From: a virus | Taxonomy: Duplodnaviria > Caudoviricetes | Direction: 5' to 3' (one strand) | DNA: 64,000 bases | Virus record (IMG/VR): IMGVR_UViG_3300029305_012082 | Span: 40,688 to 104,687 of that record | In this document: positions 62,091 to 64,000 of the stretch, in pieces | Position numbering within the stretch: the first letter of the stretch is position 1 | Layout: each line of letters begins with the position of its first letter | Notes under the pieces: model-generated | The model's input: only the letters and a program-made list of their open reading frames with translations | Databases searched by the model: none | Told to the model about the DNA's origin: nothing | Position numbers and translations under genes: made by a program

Positions 62091-62522
62091 ATGAACAATA
62101 ACGTACCTACTATCAGAATTGCCATTGACGAAGGAGCAAAAAAACCGACCAGAGCACATGACAATGACGCCGGCCTCGATCTGTACGCAGCCGAAGACAA
62201 AGTAATTTTTGCAAACAGTTTTGACACAGTAGAAACAGGTATTCACATCGAAATCCCAGAGGGATATGTAGGACTTCTCACATCAAAAAGTGGGCTGATG
62301 CGTTACAATGGTGTCACCTGCAGAGGGACGATCGATCCCGGCTACACAGGATCTGTTAAAGCAATCATTTTCAATCACGGAGGGCAAATGGTCCAGGTCA
62401 AAGCGGGAGAGAAAATCACCCAAATGGTCATAGTTCCCTGTATTACCCCTTCTCTCGAAGTTGTAGACGAACTTCCCGAAACCGAAAGAGGCAACAACGG
62501 ATTTGGAAGCACTGGTAAATAA
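62091..62522 (+). CDS. dut: Trimeric dUTPase
   Basis: DAGLDL, KSGL, GTIDPGYTG, KITQMV and ERGNNGFGSTG. Confidence 0.95.
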   Translation: MNNNVPTIRIAIDEGAKKPTRAHDNDAGLDLYAAEDKVIFANSFDTVETGIHIEIPEGYVGLLTSKSGLMRYNGVTCRGTIDPGYTGSVKAIIFNHGGQMVQVKAGEKITQMVIVPCITPSLEVVDELPETERGNNGFGSTGK

Positions 62523-62937
62523 GGAGAAATATAATGGAAAGGCTTACTTACTTCAATGAAGGATGCTGGGAGCTTCGCGAGACTGGCAATAAAGTTTGCT
62601 CCGAAGTTTGTGCATCTGTAGATGGCTGCGAAACGTGTCCGATCAGTACAGCAATCAATAAACTCGCCGCATACGAGGATATTTGTTCAATCGAAGACCT
62701 TTCAGATCTGATGAAAGCACAGAGAGACGGCCGCCTTGTGATTCGTCCTGCTACAGCAGACGGAACATGTGGAACATGTGCGAACTTCAAAAGAGAAGGG
62801 ACTACTTGCCACGGATCGTGTTCTGCTAGACCCTTTATCAACAGTGCTTTTGGCCCTCCGAACAGACCGTTAGTTGTAACACGGACCAGAAAGGCTTGTA
62901 GCAGTGACTACCGTCCAATTCATAAGGAGGGATAAAA

Positions 62938-63285
62938 ATGGACAAAGTCGATAGACACCTTAAACACTGTCTGGATCTCAACGAACTGTATAAAAAGAAA
63001 AATGCTGACTACGGAGATAGCTTCCACAAAACCTATCTTGAAGAGGGGCTTGCAATGTGTCGCATCCGTCTCAGCGACAAGCTAGAACGCTTCAAGACCC
63101 TCAGCAAGAGTCAGAAAGCTATGGTCGCAGACGAAACTATCATTGACACCCTTATTGATTTGGCGAACTATGCTATTCTTACCGTACTGGAGCTGGAGGA
63201 CACCCCGGAAGCAAATGGTCTATTATCGCCTGATCCGCTTCCGAAGGATTACGTCGAGGGCTGTAGAGCGACGAAGAATGAATGA
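62938..63285 (+). CDS. DUF1599-like nucleotide-modification-associated (MazG-like) protein
   Basis: KKNADYGDSF, IRLSDKLER and DTLIDLANYA. Confidence 0.75.
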   Translation: MDKVDRHLKHCLDLNELYKKKNADYGDSFHKTYLEEGLAMCRIRLSDKLERFKTLSKSQKAMVADETIIDTLIDLANYAILTVLELEDTPEANGLLSPDPLPKDYVEGCRATKNE

Positions 63286-63559
63286 AGAAAAGAAAACTGT
63301 ACAAATGGCGAAACATAGGGCGGCTTGATGTTGTGTTTGATGACCATTCAGCTTCGTTTCGATACAAACCTGCGGTGATTGAAGTCATAAGGCACTTTGC
63401 AAAAGCCCTCAATCAACACCAGAGGCAGAAAAACCTTGGACAACACCCATCTATACCAGACCCTGAAACAAGGCATACAGGAAGAAACAGCCAGTCAAAA
63501 AGCAACTTATAGAAAGCTATAGAGTCGACAACAAAGTAATATGCGATAGGAGAAAAGTA

Positions 63560-64000
63560 ATGGTTGAAAACAAGTGCAGATTTCTGGAATTGTCACTTCA
63601 AAGCCATGAGCATCTTCGATGCGGCAACTTAAAATTGTATATCGATGTTGTGGAGCAAATGGCCGTTATCTTTCTTCATGAACGGAAATATATCGACTGT
63701 TTGAAATCGCTCATGCTCGTATTCTATTTCAATTTGAGTGGCATATCAAAACGTCCGTTTATCAGCAAAATACTGACGTTTATCATGAGATATTGTCTCA
63801 TGAACTCATCAATGGATGAAGAAGGTGCGGTCCAGTTGTTTTGCGACACTATCCGAAAAGACACTCTCCCATCTCACAAATACTCGATCGAGGAATGTAC
63901 CCTCTTATTGACGATGTGTTTGTCTGGAAAATCTCATCAAGCAAAAAGTGAAATGCGATCATGGAACAAACAGAAAAAATTACATAATTCTGGAAATTAG
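63560..64000 (+). CDS. Hypothetical protein
   Basis: AGGAG RBS; ORF ends at the window edge with TAG. Confidence 0.5.
   Translation: MVENKCRFLELSLQSHEHLRCGNLKLYIDVVEQMAVIFLHERKYIDCLKSLMLVFYFNLSGISKRPFISKILTFIMRYCLMNSSMDEEGAVQLFCDTIRKDTLPSHKYSIEECTLLLTMCLSGKSHQAKSEMRSWNKQKKLHNSGN

Noticed and set aside
1-64000. tRNA/rRNA genes, integrase/att sites, IS elements
   Set aside because: No T-loop/cloverleaf, rRNA, recombinase or transposase motifs were recognised; a temperate lifestyle is only inferred.

Overview
The window is 64 kb of a large tailed dsDNA phage or prophage with a contractile tail. Its RBS style, sigma-A-type promoters and CHAP+SLH endolysin suggest an anaerobic Firmicute (Clostridia-like) host. 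Nearly all real genes are on the + strand. 1-14.6 kb holds the head, neck, tail and baseplate genes, including a -1 frameshifted tail chaperone, one inverted moron and an iteron-like repeat island. 14.7-31 kb is a long tail-fibre/appendage block. Embedded in it is a tightly coupled RiPP-like cassette: a small accessory protein, a radical SAM/SPASM enzyme, a protein with a 28-cysteine (CxxxC)n tail, and an unknown protein. This cassette is the most notable system in the window. 31-33 kb is the lysis module. 33-64 kb is an early/middle region of many small genes. It is punctuated by six related TTGAC-N16-TACGAT promoters and a recurring palindrome TTTACC-N4-GGTAAA. It also carries a predicted antisense small RNA, a 35 x 18-bp hexapeptide-repeat gene, ThyX, dUTPase, HD and DUF1599 nucleotide enzymes, HNH nucleases and a stand-alone RNA polymerase alpha-CTD. 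No integrase, terminase, DNA polymerase, RT, tRNA or CRISPR array was seen. All family assignments come from motif recognition and synteny, not from database searches.
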